64,000 nt of DNA from Balamuthia mandrillaris. Lineage: Eukaryota. The stretch is taken from positions 1 to 64,000 of the forward strand of contig JAVKOQ020000069.1 in the NCBI GenBank assembly GCA_031835245.2, given 5' to 3'. The notes under the pieces are model-generated. The model searched no databases. It had not been told where the DNA came from and saw only the letters and a program-made list of their open reading frames with translations. This document shows, one piece after another, positions 14,636 to 27,032 of this stretch. Position 1 is the stretch's first letter, and every line of letters begins with the position of its first letter. A program made the translations under genes and the position numbers.

Positions 14636-14742
14636 TCCCTTTCTCATTTTTTCCCTTCTGTTCCTTGGTTTTGTCTCATGTTTATTGTCCCCAATCCAGA
14701 CCTGACATCATCAAAAGCTTGCAAAAGTACAAAGAAGGATGA
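10550..14742 (+). CDS. Single-pass receptor kinase (tyrosine kinase/TKL) with DUF11/Ig-like ectodomain repeats
   Basis: Signal peptide MSSLFVSLLICLLGVTG; ectodomain N.GPS motifs; TM segment WLWIVVGGGGGLLLLLVIVPTLICLVY followed by RRRR; kinase motifs IGKGGFGVV, VAIK, HRDLAARN, DFG, PVRWTAPE and KSDVW. Many introns. Confidence 0.9.
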
Positions 14743-15075
14743 AAATGAGGCTTTTCTCTTTCTCATTCGCACCCTTTTGTTGGTGTACGGCCCATTGTTC
14801 TCCGTTCAGATAAATGTACAATTAATCCCTTTTGTTTGTATGCAGCTTGTTCCATAATAATATTATTACTTTTTGAACATTGCTCTATTCTGTTCAGAGT
14901 GTACCCCATGGTCCATTGTAAGGAGTGTGTGTGGTGTTGGTCATGTTTGTTGTTCTGTTGAATATGGGGATAATTGCCGTTATGCGTAGTAGGTTCACGT
15001 GGAACACTTTAATTTAGCAAACTAGACGAAGAAACAGACAAGGCAAAGAGAAGAGCGACTTGACCCAACCCAGGT

Positions 15076-15573
15076 ATGCAAACACGCTCAACCAATGAAC
15101 TCTGGTTGGCTGTGTTTGGGGATGAATGCGTTGGAAAGTCCGCTTTGACCCTGCAGTTTGTTCAAGGCGTCTTTGTGCCTGATTTCGACCCAACGATGGA
15201 AGATGCCTACAGAAAAGTGCTCAACCTGAAACAAGACGGCGGGGAGGAAGCATGCGTGCTGAGCATTCTGGACACTGCCGCGCAACAAGAGTACTCTGCC
15301 ATGAGGCACAACTACATCTGGCCATGGGACGGCTTTCTTTTGGTCTACTCCATCACCAACAGAAGCAGCTTCGAGCATATCATGAACTACAGGAACGAAA
15401 TACTTCAAGTGAAAAAGAAGGACATGGTTCCCATGGTGTTGGTCGGCAACAAGACGGACCTGGAGGAGGAAAGAGAGGTAGCCACTAGCGAAGGATGGCA
15501 GCTGGCCAAGCGTTTGGGTTATGGATTCATAGAGACGATAGCGGTTGTTCACTGTCATGAGTGGAGAGTATGA
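15076..15573 (+). CDS. Divergent, C-terminally truncated Ras/Rap-family GTPase (possible pseudogene)
   Basis: G1 GDECVGKS, effector FDPTMED.YRK, G3 DTAAQ, G4 NKTD. G5 (ETSAK) is broken to ETIAV, and the ORF stops with no final helix and no CaaX. Confidence 0.7.
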   Translation: MQTRSTNELWLAVFGDECVGKSALTLQFVQGVFVPDFDPTMEDAYRKVLNLKQDGGEEACVLSILDTAAQQEYSAMRHNYIWPWDGFLLVYSITNRSSFEHIMNYRNEILQVKKKDMVPMVLVGNKTDLEEEREVATSEGWQLAKRLGYGFIETIAVVHCHEWRV

Positions 15574-15938
15574 AGGAGGGAGGGGAGAAGGCTGACAACA
15601 CAAATTTGTGCTCGAGTGAAACGATTGGAACTGATCACTTTCTTCATATCCGACCCTCCCTCTTGGTGGCACAACTTCCTCAGAGTCTTTCAAGGGCCAG
15701 ATGCTCCATCAAGAACCCCCGACACAAACCATCAAACAAAAAATAAAAATATTGCTGAAAAGAACCTTTTTACTGAAAACACCAAGACGAACGTGGCTCC
15801 AAGCATAAACTCGCGCGGCCGTTGGTCCCTCACAAGTCCAAACAACAAGCAACTCAGGTTTCAGGGAACCATCTGGCTGTAATGCCTCTCGACTGTTTTG
15901 TTACCTCTTTCAAGCAACACAAACAAACCTAACCACAA

Positions 15939-17055
15939 ATGGAAGACGAAGTGCAGGCTCTTGTGATCGACAATGTGCAAGGCTGGCTTTGCCGGCGACG
16001 ATGCCCCCCGTGCTGTCTTCCCCTCCATCGTCGGCCGCCCCCGCTACACCGCCGTCATGGCCGGCGTGGGACATAAGGAGTCCTTCGTCGGGGATGAGGC
16101 CCAGAGCCATCGTGGCATGCTGACCCTCAAGTACCCCATCGAGCACGGCATCGTCACCAACTGGGATGACATGGAGAAGATCTGGCACCACACCTTCTTC
16201 AACGAGCTCCGCGTTGCCCCCGAGGAGCATCCGGTCTTGCTCACCGAGGCCCCCATCAACCCCAAGGCCAACCGCGAGAAGATGACCCAGATCATGTTCG
16301 AGACCTTCAACACCCCCGCCATGTACGTTGCCATCCAGGCGGTGTTATCCCTCTACGCCTCCGGCCGTGCCACCGGCATCGTGATGGACTCTGGTGATGG
16401 CGTGACCCACACCGTGCCCATCTACGAGGGCTACGCCCTACCCCACGCCATCTTCCGTCGGGACTTGGCTGGCCGCGACCTGACCGACCACCTCATGAAG
16501 ATGCTGACGGAGCGTGGTTACTCCTTCACCACCACCACCGAGCGTGAGATCGTGCGTGACATCAAGGAGAAGCTCTGCTACATCGCCCTTGACTTTGAGC
16601 AGGAGATGCACGTCGCCGCTTTTTCCTCTGCCCTGGAGAAGTCCTACGAGCTTCCTGACGGGCAGATCATCACCATCGGCAACGAGCGCTTCAGGTGCCC
16701 GGAAGCTCTCTTCCAACCCAGCTTCTTGGGCATGGAGTCTGCTGGTATCCACGAGATAACCTACAACTCCATCATGAAGTGCGGTGTTGATATCCGTAAG
16801 GACTTGTGCGGAAACGTCGTCCTCTCCGGCGGTACCTCCATGTTTCCTGGTATCGCTGACAGGATGCAGAAGGAGTTGACCGCCCTCGCTCCCTCCACTA
16901 TGAAGATTAAGGTCTTTGCTCCCCCTGAGCGTAAGTACTCTGTCTGGATTGGTGGCTCCATATTGGCTTCTCTCGCCACTTTCCAACAGATGTGGATCTC
17001 CAAGGAGGAGTACGATGAAGCAGGGCCAGGCATAGTGCACCGCAAGTGCTTCTAA
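15939..17055 (+). pseudogene. act: Actin copy with an 11-nt frameshifting deletion near the start
   Basis: ATG at 15939 reads [12 protein letters not shown], but the GSG codons are missing. The rest of actin ([10 protein letters not shown]...HRKCF) begins 34 nt downstream rather than 45 nt, so it is out of frame. Several conserved sites are substituted. Confidence 0.8.
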
Positions 17056-17170
17056 ATTTGATGCATAGCTCGCTGTGATGTATATTATATTGTTGAACGT
17101 GAGAAAATATCTTTCTACTTACCACAACGAACGATTCCAAGGTGAGAGAAAGAGAAGAGAATAGGAGAAC

Positions 17171-17213
<43 letters not shown>

Positions 17214-17298
17214 GAAAACTAGGTGTCAATCTATCAACAACAGAGCAGCGTTAATATCAGACCGGAGGAGAGGAGCAAATGGTAAAAGATACTCAGTT

Positions 17299-18329
17299 TT
17301 AATTGGGTTCGTAGATCTTTCGGATGTGGTCAACAGAGCAAGGCATGAGGGTAACGGGACATCGACCATGAGCATGGATGTAGTTGAAGATGCAGGGATA
17401 GCAGAACACAAAGCCTGTGTTGAGCATGGCTGGGTTTGTACGAAGCTTCCGACAGAGACTACATTCCTTCTTGTCTGTCGGTAATTCAATTCCACCTTCC
17501 ACTTTCTATTTTGTTACAAACCAACTCAGCACAAACAACAAAGGAAAAACAAACAACATCAATAACAACAGGAGAGATACCTTGGGCGGTTCGGGCGGCG
17601 GTGGAGTAGGCAGAGAGGGTGCAGCCCCTCTGTTCTCGGCATAGTACCATTCGAAGAACTTGAACAGGAACAACGCGACGGGAAGAATGTAGGGCGTGTA
17701 ATCCAGCAAAAAGTGCCATCCGCGCAAAGCAAGCCTTGCCACCACTCGCCAAGGACTTAGTCCTTGCAGTGACTTCATCTCGCGTGCTCGTTGGGCCAAG
17801 GTAGCTTGAGATTGCATTATCTTTTATAACAAAGTAAAGCGTTTTTGTAAGAAGAGAAAAACAGAGCGTGATATCAGAGAAAGAGAATAAAGAGTTGAGA
17901 TTAGAGATTGGGAGAAGTAGCGTACAGAATCTTCCATGGACAACCGTTTGACTTGTATCCGAAGAAGATGAAGAAAGGGAGTGTAGAAGCGAGTGAGGTC
18001 GTATAGGTACAGCAGCTGATAAAGGAAGAACAAGCCTTCGTAGACGGCGTTGAACAGGGGATAGCCCGTAACGAACAGTTGCCGAAGGAAACCTTTGATC
18101 CTCGCATGAGAAAATAACGACCGAATGCGAGTGGACAGAGTCGGAGGGCTTATATGTAATGATTGTGTAGCAGCAGAAGCAGAAGAGGCAACCTCTTCAG
18201 GAAAAGAAGTTACCAACGAGGCGCTGGATAGATCGGTCCAGGAGTAGAGAGGGCCAACTGTATGTCTATAGTAATTGTCCACTTTGCTCTTCAAGTAAGG
18301 AGCAACTACCTGTAATTTGACAATATCAG

Positions 18330-18399
<70 letters not shown>

Positions 18400-18619
18400 C
18401 GAGAGCGAGAGCGAGAGCGAGAACATGGAGAGGTAGAGCAGAAAGAAGAGACGTAAGGGACACACACCATGCACATAAGAGAGAGTAACCGGTCAGTGTC
18501 AGTGATGGCAGTGGTCCTGCCACGTGCGCCACGAACTACTTTGGCTCGCTTGAGTCCATAAAAGTTTTCCGAAAAGGAAGCATCTACAGCACGCATGTTC
18601 TGTCAACACCGAAACAGAG

Positions 18620-18663
<44 letters not shown>

Positions 18664-18902
18664 CCATAGTATTTGAGATAGTGATGTTCCAAGAAAAGAC
18701 GAATGAGGGAGAAGATCTCATCATTGTAGCGAACAAACGGTTCCCAACGAAAGTTTCTTTGTGCTAAAACCTATGCACAGCAAAAACATCAGCACAAGAA
18801 GAGAAAGAGAGAGAGAGAGAGGGGGAGAGAGGGAGAGGGAGAGAAAGAAAGAGAGAGAGAGAGAGAGAGAGAGGGAGAAAGAGAGAGAGAGAGAGGGAGA
18901 GG

Positions 18903-18946
<44 letters not shown>

Positions 18947-19063
18947 AACGGTAAAAATGTAGCGAATAGCGGGACGAAACGTTGGCATCATCTGGTCCTC
19001 CGCTATCATCTCAAAGAACGAGGGCGTGCTCGCATCTTGATTATCCAGATGGGTCATAAACAT
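17299..19063 (-). CDS. PEX12: Peroxin 12 (RING peroxisome assembly protein)
   Basis: PSFFEM...L/MRPA.RY N-terminus, ASFSENFYGLKR, PYLKSK.D, FLFKFFEWYY and C-terminal RING CSLC...NP...TGFVFCYPCI...CPVT. Confidence 0.95.
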
Positions 19064-19449
19064 TTTTTTTTTGTTTTCTTTTCTCTTTCTTCTCCTCTCG
19101 CTTCTCTTCTCTCTTTTCTCTCTTCTCTCTCTGCTCTTTTCAAGCCAGAAGCATTGTGGATGACGAAGCGTTTTCCTAAAATATGTTTCAGTGACATCAA
19201 CGTTTTTTTATGGTAAATATGATGTCAAAGATATCTATTTTTGGAAATCATACCGTCAGCTTCAATTGTTGCGAGGGGAAGAAAGAAAAAGAAGGAAACT
19301 TGGCAAGTTTTTTTTTTTTCTTTGCTGACATCCCATTTCTTTTTTGTTGGTGCATGCCTCACTTGCTGAAGCGGAGGTTTTATTGTTCATCGCCCTAACA
19401 GAACGTTCCCCCCGCTTGGTTGGCCCCCCGACCATCACCATCATCGCTC

Positions 19450-22148
19450 ATGGAAAATTCTCCTGGTCATCTTCACTACCTTAGAAGTAGAGAAGGCAAG
19501 TTTTTTTTTCTCCCATCATCAACTCTGATTATTGATGCAACCGATGAACCTTTTTTTTAAAAAAATTAGCAAAAAATTATTTTTTCTTGTGAAAAGGGCA
19601 AAGAAGGCATGTGAAAAGACAGAAGAGAGTGGACCACAACAGGGCTGCTCAAAAATACTTTGGGAGCAGCAGCAGCGTGTTAGGGAGGCTGTCCCTCGTG
19701 ACCACGCTGCAAGGCCATACCGGTTGCGTCAACACCGTCGTGTGGAACAGCAGGGGAGACAAGCTCGTCTCTGGCTCTGATGACCGCACCGTATGTTCTC
19801 CCTCTCTCTCTTCTCTTCATCGTCCTCTCCTCTCCTCTCCTCTCCTCTCCTCTCCTCTCCTCTCCTCTCCTCTCCTCTCCTCCTCTCCTCTCCTCCTCCT
19901 TCCTCTCCTCTCTCCCTCTCTCTCCCTCTCTCCTCTCCTCTCCCTCTCCTCTCCTCCCTCCTCTCCTCTCCTCTCCTCTCCTCTCCCTCTCCTCTCCTCT
20001 CCTCTCCTCTCCTCTCTCCCCTCTCCTCTCCTCTCCTCTCTCCCTCTCTCCTCTCCTCTCTCTCTCCCTCTCCCTCTCCTCTCCTCTCCTCTCTCTCTCC
20101 CCTCACTTTTCCTCTCTTCTGTTTTGCCTCTTCGCTTCTCTCCTTGGATAGTCGCTGATGTTGTTTTGCTTGAATAAAGGTTAAGATATGGGATGTGCAT
20201 CACCACCGCCTTCTTTACTCGTATCAAAGCGGACATTCGGCAAATATCTTTTGGTTAGTCTTCCACCCGTTTCGTTCCTCCTCCGTTATCACCCTTCTTT
20301 GTGGTTCTCTTACCGTTGTTTGCTTGTGCTTGTATGTGTTCCATTTGCTCATTTTGCTCGCATGCATGGTTGCATTCTTAGTGCAAAGTTTTTACCCTTT
20401 ACTGGAGACGAGCAGATCATTTCGTGTGCTGGAGACTGCCAAGTGAGATACAACAACATCACCACTCACAGAAATGAAAACAGCAAAGAATTGTATAAAG
20501 AGAACAACCTCAAAACGTTTTATTGTCATGATGACCGCGTAAAGAAATTGTGTACAGAACCTGGCTCTCCTTTCGTATTTCTAAGTTGCTCCGAGGTATG
20601 AACTTTTTGCTCTCCCTCCTTTTTTTTTCACTTCTCTTATCTCAACATGGATATTAAAATTACAGGATGGAACTATTCGACGCCTCGACTTGCGAATGTC
20701 ACATAGTTGTACAGATGCTACCCATTGTGAACGGAGCGTTGAGATCGACCTTCGTCGTGGAGATTGTTGTTCCAACAGACAAGGGTATAATTCCTACTTT
20801 ACTTTAATTTAACAGTGAATACTCATTCTTTCCTTCCCTCCTTCCTCCCTCTTTCCTTTATTTATTCACAGCCGAAAGATAAGAGTGAACAGCATTGCTA
20901 TCAATAATGACAATGGGCACTATTTAGTTGTTGGTGGTTCCGATCCTATCTGCCGTCTCTATGACCGCAGAATGATCAGCTCCAACCGATCTTCTTCTCC
21001 CAACAGAGCAACAGTGGCTTGGTTCCGCCCAGAGAGATTCGAACAATCAGATCAACAAGGTGGACATATCACAGGGGTAGCTTTCAGTACGGATGGATCG
21101 GAAGTGGTGGCCACATATGGAGGAGACTATGTTTATCTTTGGGAAGTGGAAAGAAGCCATACAACGTATGAAGAAGGTTCGACTCGTTTTGTATCTCCTA
21201 CAGCAAAACGTAAATATTCAGAGGCGAAAACAGAGGACGAAACAGAAGAATACGGAATGGACGTTGTTGCAGAAAGTAATAAGGAAGCTAAAGACAAGGA
21301 AAAAGAAGAAGAAGAAGATTATGAAACAGAATTGGATGAAAGACAAATCAAGTGGCAAAGCACAAAAGAAAGAATGAGGCTATTGCAAGAATCACAAGAT
21401 CGTGATGCAGAGAGAATTGAAGATGAAGTAGAAAAGGAAGCAGAAGAGGAAGAAAGTGACGAAGATGAACATGAACAAGAACAAGAACAAGCAACAACAT
21501 TGGACTCCGATCCAGCCAAGTTTTACGTCAAAAAAGTCTATAGACAGGTGTTCAAAGGACATCTCAATGTTCAAACAGTGAAAGAAGTAAGCTTTTTGGG
21601 ACCCAACAGCGAGTTCATCGCAAGCGGAAGCGACGATGGACGGATCTTCGTTTGGGAAAAGAGGACGGCCAAGATTGTCAAGGTTTTAGAAGGAGACAAT
21701 CATGTGGTCAACTGTGTGCGTGGACATCCGAATGGCGATCCTGTCATTGCTTCAAGGTTTGCCTTTCCTCTTCCACTTTGCTTTTTTATTTTTCTTTTTT
21801 TCGAATGAAATAATGCCAACGTTTTTTTCCACAACATGATAGTGGAATTGACGACAACATCAAGATATGGATGCCCATTTCTGAGAGTATAACCGGAATG
21901 GAAGACCTGGAAGAGATTGTGCAAAGGAACGAACGAGCGGTAATCTCTTCCCTTCACTTGTCTTTTTTTTTTCTCTTTCCCTTTCTAACCTTGGTTGAAC
22001 TTATGAGCAGTTGGAAGAAGGCCCACAACCAATGCATCTATCTCGTGCAGTCATAATGAACCTCCTTCGTATGATGAGAGAGGATGGAGAAAACGGAGAA
22101 GGAGGAGGAGGAAACGAAGAAGAACGCGTTGCTTGTCTTCAATCCTGA
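19450..22148 (+). CDS. DCAF8/WDTC1/DCAF6-family WD40 protein (CUL4-DDB1 substrate receptor) ending in CaaX
   Basis: GHTGCVN, LVSGSDD, GHSANIF.AKFLP, HDDRVKKL, FLSCSEDGTIR, FKGHLNVQTVKEV.F.G, IASGSDDG and SGIDDNIKIW motifs. Last exon ends RVACLQS*. Confidence 0.9.
19826..20103 (+). repeat. Intronic (CCTCT)n/CT-rich pure-pyrimidine tract
   Basis: About 280 nt essentially free of purines inside a DCAF gene intron. Confidence 0.95.
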
Positions 22149-22392
22149 ACAAAAAAAAATAAAACTCTGTCGACACAACAAAAAATTCATGTTCCCATGT
22201 GGCGTTGAACCTACGCCAATACCTGACGTCATTCATCAAGATCGATCTTAACTGCTCCTCAAGCGCGAGGGTTTTCGATGGAGATCTGTGATGCTTGAAA
22301 AAAACTGTAAGCTTGACCCCTCATGGTGGATCCGTTAAAATTTTTAATTTTATTTTTCGAAAAAGAAAAAGTAAGAAAAAAAGTGCAGCAAG

Positions 22393-22973
22393 ATGGAAGA
22401 GAAGGAGATACGGTTTGAGCCTACTGCTGCTGCCACCACAACATCAGAAGGCCATGGGTATCGTTTGGTGGAATGGTTGGTCAACGCAGGAGACGAGATC
22501 TATCCGGAGCAAGCGTTGGCCGTGTACGAGGTCGAAGGGCAGGGGCCTGGAATGAGGCGTACCCTGCACTCATCTTTGGAGGGGGTCGTCCAATCGTTGG
22601 TTGTTTCCACTCACGAACCTTTGGAAGTGGGGTAAGTGATCACGCTCCCTCTTTTTGGTTTCAGGCAGGAAAAAATAAATGAATAAAATCTCATCATCAC
22701 AATGTGATTTTTAACAAAACACAAACAGACAGCCCGTGATGATCGCCCAAGTGTGCTCGCATGCGGTACAATTTCATGGGATGTGCAGCATTTGTTTTAA
22801 AGACCTATCTGAGTAAGTTGCTTTCAAATGATGTGACATTGGTAATGGTTCTCTTTAACTTTTTGTTCCCGAAGGCAACACTTCAACAGGTTAGACACGA
22901 AGCTGACTACCTTTTCTCTGATTCATTCAGAGCCAAACCTCAAAGTTACCAGAGAGGTCCGTTGCGATAACAT

Positions 22974-23009
<36 letters not shown>

Positions 23010-23751
23010 GTTCTCGATTAGATGGGTCTTTCTGGTCGACTCTTCTCCTCTTTCTTCTCTTCTCTTCAGGGTGTTCTTCTTTTCTCAACACAACAATTTT
23101 CCCTTACTAGGAAGCGGAGCGAGATGCTCACAAGACAGCCAGCCATTTGCTTGGTAACAAAAAGCTCTCATTGGTGTTAGATCTGGATCAAACGCTGGTG
23201 CACGCCACCAACGATCTCACCGTGGAGGCGCTTTTCGCCACTGATAAACCTCCAGAACAACAGACTCCAAAAGAGGAAGGTGAAGCTTCAGCGTCAACAA
23301 ACAAAGAAGAGGCCAGCGTGGCAGCAACACCTCTTCCTCCTAACAACCGCAAAAGCCAACTCATCGATCATCTATACTCGTTTCAGCTCAAGTACGCCCC
23401 ACATCCATTCTACATCAAGCTACGGCCTTTTCTCCTCGAGTTTTTGAGGGAGGTAGACCAACTTTTTGAGCTACATATATATACGATGGGGACCAGACCC
23501 TATGCCAACAAAGTTGCTGAGCTCATCGATCCTACTCGCTCTCTCTTCCGAAACAACATTCTTTCTCGTGACGAGTGCCAAAGTATGTTTTTTTTCCCGT
23601 CTCACACACCATTTATCTCTTCTCTCTCTCTCCCTCTCTCTCCCTCTCTCTCTCCCTCTCTCTCTCCCTCTCTCTCTCCCTCTCTCTCTCTCTTTCCCTT
23701 CTCTTTCTCCCCCTCTCTCTTTCTCCCTCTCTTCTCCCCCCTCTCTCTTCT

Positions 23752-23801
<50 letters not shown>

Positions 23802-24683
23802 ACAGTAACTAACAAGTTATCTTCCAGACATGAACTTTAAAAACTTGCAACGCTTGTTTCCTTGTGACGATTCAATGGTGATTATCATCGATGATAGAGT
23901 TGACGTTTGGGGCACTTGCAAGAATCTCATTCCTATTACTCCCTGTACGAAATCTTCTTTCTTATCTTTTTTTTGTTTAGTTTTTTGTTTTTATGTGGCT
24001 GTTGCTTTTACTTGTTTTCTAACTTTTAGTCATCCACAAATAGATCTTTTCTTTCATGACACAAAAGTGAACGCCTTGCCACAAGACCAACAAACTGCAA
24101 AAGATGGCGGTGCTCCCTCCAATTCAAGAAAACGGAAACAAAAGGAAACAACTGAAGGACCAAAAGACAAAGAATTGCAAGAACAACAAAGCGAAAAAGA
24201 GAACACAAAAGAGGAAGAGGCAACACTGAACAACGAAGAAGCACAAACAGAAACCGAACCCGACAAAAAACGAGCCAAAGTTATTTCTTCAGATCCCGCT
24301 TCTCTCTCTGCTAGCGATACTAGTTCCTCCTCATCTGATCTACCTCCCTCTTCTCCCACTTCATCTTCCTCTAACGAGGCACAACTTCAACAAGCACAGC
24401 AATCACAACTACCTTATCGAAAAGGAGCACTCACCGACAACTATCTGCTGCATGTTTTACGGCTGTTGAAACAAGTCCACCAAATGTTCTATGCAGAAAA
24501 CACGGGTGGAGAAGAAGAGGGAGAGGAGAAGGAAGAATTGGAAGAACGGCAACTTACACTTTCAAAACGTGATGTAAAATATTGTTTATACTTGGCACGA
24601 AGGAATATCTTGCACGGCGTTCACGTCCTCTTTAGTGGTATTTTCCCACTGCGTACAACACCTCACAGGTTTCTTTCTTTCTT

Positions 24684-24751
<68 letters not shown>

Positions 24752-24911
24752 CAGCACTCATCTACATTCTTAAGGACGGCGTTATGGTTGGTAGCAGAAG
24801 CGTTTGGAGCCAAATGCTACACCGAGTTTCATGATGACCTCACCCATCTGGTTGCAGCACAGGTACCGTAGTTTTGTTATGTTGTCTTTAGTTCCTCCAT
24901 CGTTTTCCCTA

Positions 24912-24957
<46 letters not shown>

Positions 24958-25591
24958 CAGGATGGAACCGTTAAAGTCAGAAAAGCTAGGGGACATTACC
25001 CTAATGTCAAAATTGTAAACATAGAATGGTATTTTCATTTCCTTCTTTTGTTCTTCTCCATTGATTTCTTTTGTTAAAAAATTTATTTCAAAAAACAGGT
25101 TAATCGATTCATTTACTTCTTTTCAACGGGCAGACGAAACGTTGTATCCAATCTCAACACCAACGGAGGAAGAAGCAAGTTTGGCTCGCGACGGTCGGTT
25201 GAGTCGAGAGCAGTTGAGATTGTTGCAAGAGCTCTACACGTGTTACGTGGAAGGAGTAGAAGAGTTGTTAAGGAAGCACGAACCAGAGAAGCTGCAACGA
25301 CAACAGGAAGAGCGACGCCTGTTGGAAGAGCGGGAAGAGGAGAAGCACAAAACAAAAGAGGAGGAAGGAAAAGAGGAGGGAGAAGAAAGAGATGAGTTCT
25401 TGGAGAGCATACTAGGCAGTGACGCAGATGAAGATGATGATGAGGACGAAGTGGAGGAAGAAGAGAAGGAGGAGGAAGAAAGAGAACCTGAAGAGAAAAG
25501 GAAAGCAGTTGTGGCTGAAGGAGAGGACGAATTCGCAAAGTTGTTGGAAGACGAGTTGTTAAGCAGTTTTGCAGATTTGGATGATCTTTGA
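22393..25591 (+). CDS. FCP1: RNA polymerase II CTD phosphatase FCP1
   Basis: KLSLVLDLDQTLVH (DxDxT catalytic motif), IKLRP, YTMG.R.YA, L.RLFP.DDSMV.IIDDR.DVW, and a BRCT domain (FSGIFP...THLVA...W). Confidence 0.95.
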
Positions 25592-25674
25592 TAATGATGA
25601 TGACTTTTCTTCCATTCTCTTTCCTCTCTTTTCTTTCTTCTCTTCAATTTAGTTCTCTTCTCTTTTCTTTCTTT

Positions 25675-26877
25675 CTACATAGAAACCACTTGAGGAGCTT
25701 CATCATCCGGTTCAACAATCGTAAAGTCATGATGAAACCGCTTCGTCAGGAACCGTCTGAACTTTCTGCACCGTTGGACCAGCCTCTCCTCCGCCTCTCC
25801 CTCCTCCAACACGGCAGCAAAGAACGAGCCCAGCGAGGGGGCCAAAAAGTTATCCTGCAGCAACTCATCCTGAAAGAAATCCACCGGCATGCGCTTCAAC
25901 TGGTGATGCAGCACCACCACGAACTCGAGGAAGAGCCCCGGCAGCTCCCTCAACGCCTCCTGACAGTTGCACAGCATCTCCACCATCCTCTTCCATTGCA
26001 GAAAGCCATCCAAGCATTGACCCAACAGGAAACACAAGTAGGCAAACTGCAACTCTCCCAGCAGCAGCTTGTATGCGGCTTCTTCTTCTTGCTTTGCTTC
26101 GGTTCCTCCTTTCTTGCTGTACTGATGGAGAAGAAGGTGACGAAGGAGATAGCTTTTGTCGAGGCCGCTGCGAGTGATCACGGCCGGAGTTGCGTCTTTG
26201 GGAATGAAGCGTTTGGGAATGGGTGTGTAGAAGCAGTGATGCGATCGACCCTTCTCCTTCTTCCCTGCTTCTTCCTCTCCCTCCACAACCTCTTGGATCT
26301 TGGGTCCGCCGCTTCGTTGGAGCTCTTCCTCCTCCTCTTCGGCGGCTTGGGACCAAATCGTTCTGCCAACGGGTTGAAGACGGGCCACCACTTCCGGTGT
26401 GACATGATTGCAAAGGTGGAGCCATGCCACCGCGGTGGTGGTCTTGTTCCTCCTTGTACTTCCTTCTTCCTCTGTTTCGGGTTGTTGAAGCGGATAAGGC
26501 CCAAGATAAGCATCAAAGTCAAAGCGCCGCACTCCCTCCTTAAAGCGGAGCGCCTCCTCCTGGTCCTCCCATCGCTCCTCGGGCACCAGCTCCTCCTCCG
26601 CGGTGCTCCACCGAAAGACCTTCACCTCCCCTCGTCCTTGCTGCGGGGGAGGGAAGTGCACAAAAATGGACTTGCGAGGGCTGAACGCGCCGCCGTGCTT
26701 GAGGGCAGGGCTGTAGTAGAGCAGGTGCATGCCTGGGGGGACCATCTTGACGCCCTTGAACTTGGGGCCGACTTGCCAGGAGTGGAGGTCGATGCCGAAC
26801 TCGGTGCCCTCCGGCACGTCCAAGCAGAGCACGGCCCCACCTCGCTGAGCCATATCGAAAGCGGTCGTCGCCTCCAT
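25675..26877 (-). CDS. AAR2: U5 snRNP assembly factor AAR2 (single exon)
   Basis: P.GTEFGIDL.SW.VGPKFKGVKM.PPG.H, D.YLGPYP, DKSY.L and LLGELQFA motifs. Confidence 0.95.
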   Translation of the reverse strand: MEATTAFDMAQRGGAVLCLDVPEGTEFGIDLHSWQVGPKFKGVKMVPPGMHLLYYSPALKHGGAFSPRKSIFVHFPPPQQGRGEVKVFRWSTAEEELVPEERWEDQEEALRFKEGVRRFDFDAYLGPYPLQQPETEEEGSTRRNKTTTAVAWLHLCNHVTPEVVARLQPVGRTIWSQAAEEEEEELQRSGGPKIQEVVEGEEEAGKKEKGRSHHCFYTPIPKRFIPKDATPAVITRSGLDKSYLLRHLLLHQYSKKGGTEAKQEEEAAYKLLLGELQFAYLCFLLGQCLDGFLQWKRMVEMLCNCQEALRELPGLFLEFVVVLHHQLKRMPVDFFQDELLQDNFLAPSLGSFFAAVLEEGEAEERLVQRCRKFRRFLTKRFHHDFTIVEPDDEAPQVVSM

Positions 26878-26976
26878 CGCTTCTCTTCTCTTTTCTTTTC
26901 TTTCTTTTCTTTTCTTTCTTCGTGGGTTGGTTTTTCGGCTTTGAGCACACGAAAAAGACGCGAAACTTCCCAGCCT

Positions 26977-27032
26977 TGTCGACAACCTCATGTCGACAAG
27001 AATACGAGCAATTTTCAGATATTGTGTCGACA
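26977..27032. promoter_or_regulatory. Three TGTCGACA palindromes in the AAR2/NTF2 divergent promoter
   Basis: Exact copies at 26977, 26991 and 27025. The same motif is clustered at 2381-2456 upstream of the histone gene. Confidence 0.6.
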
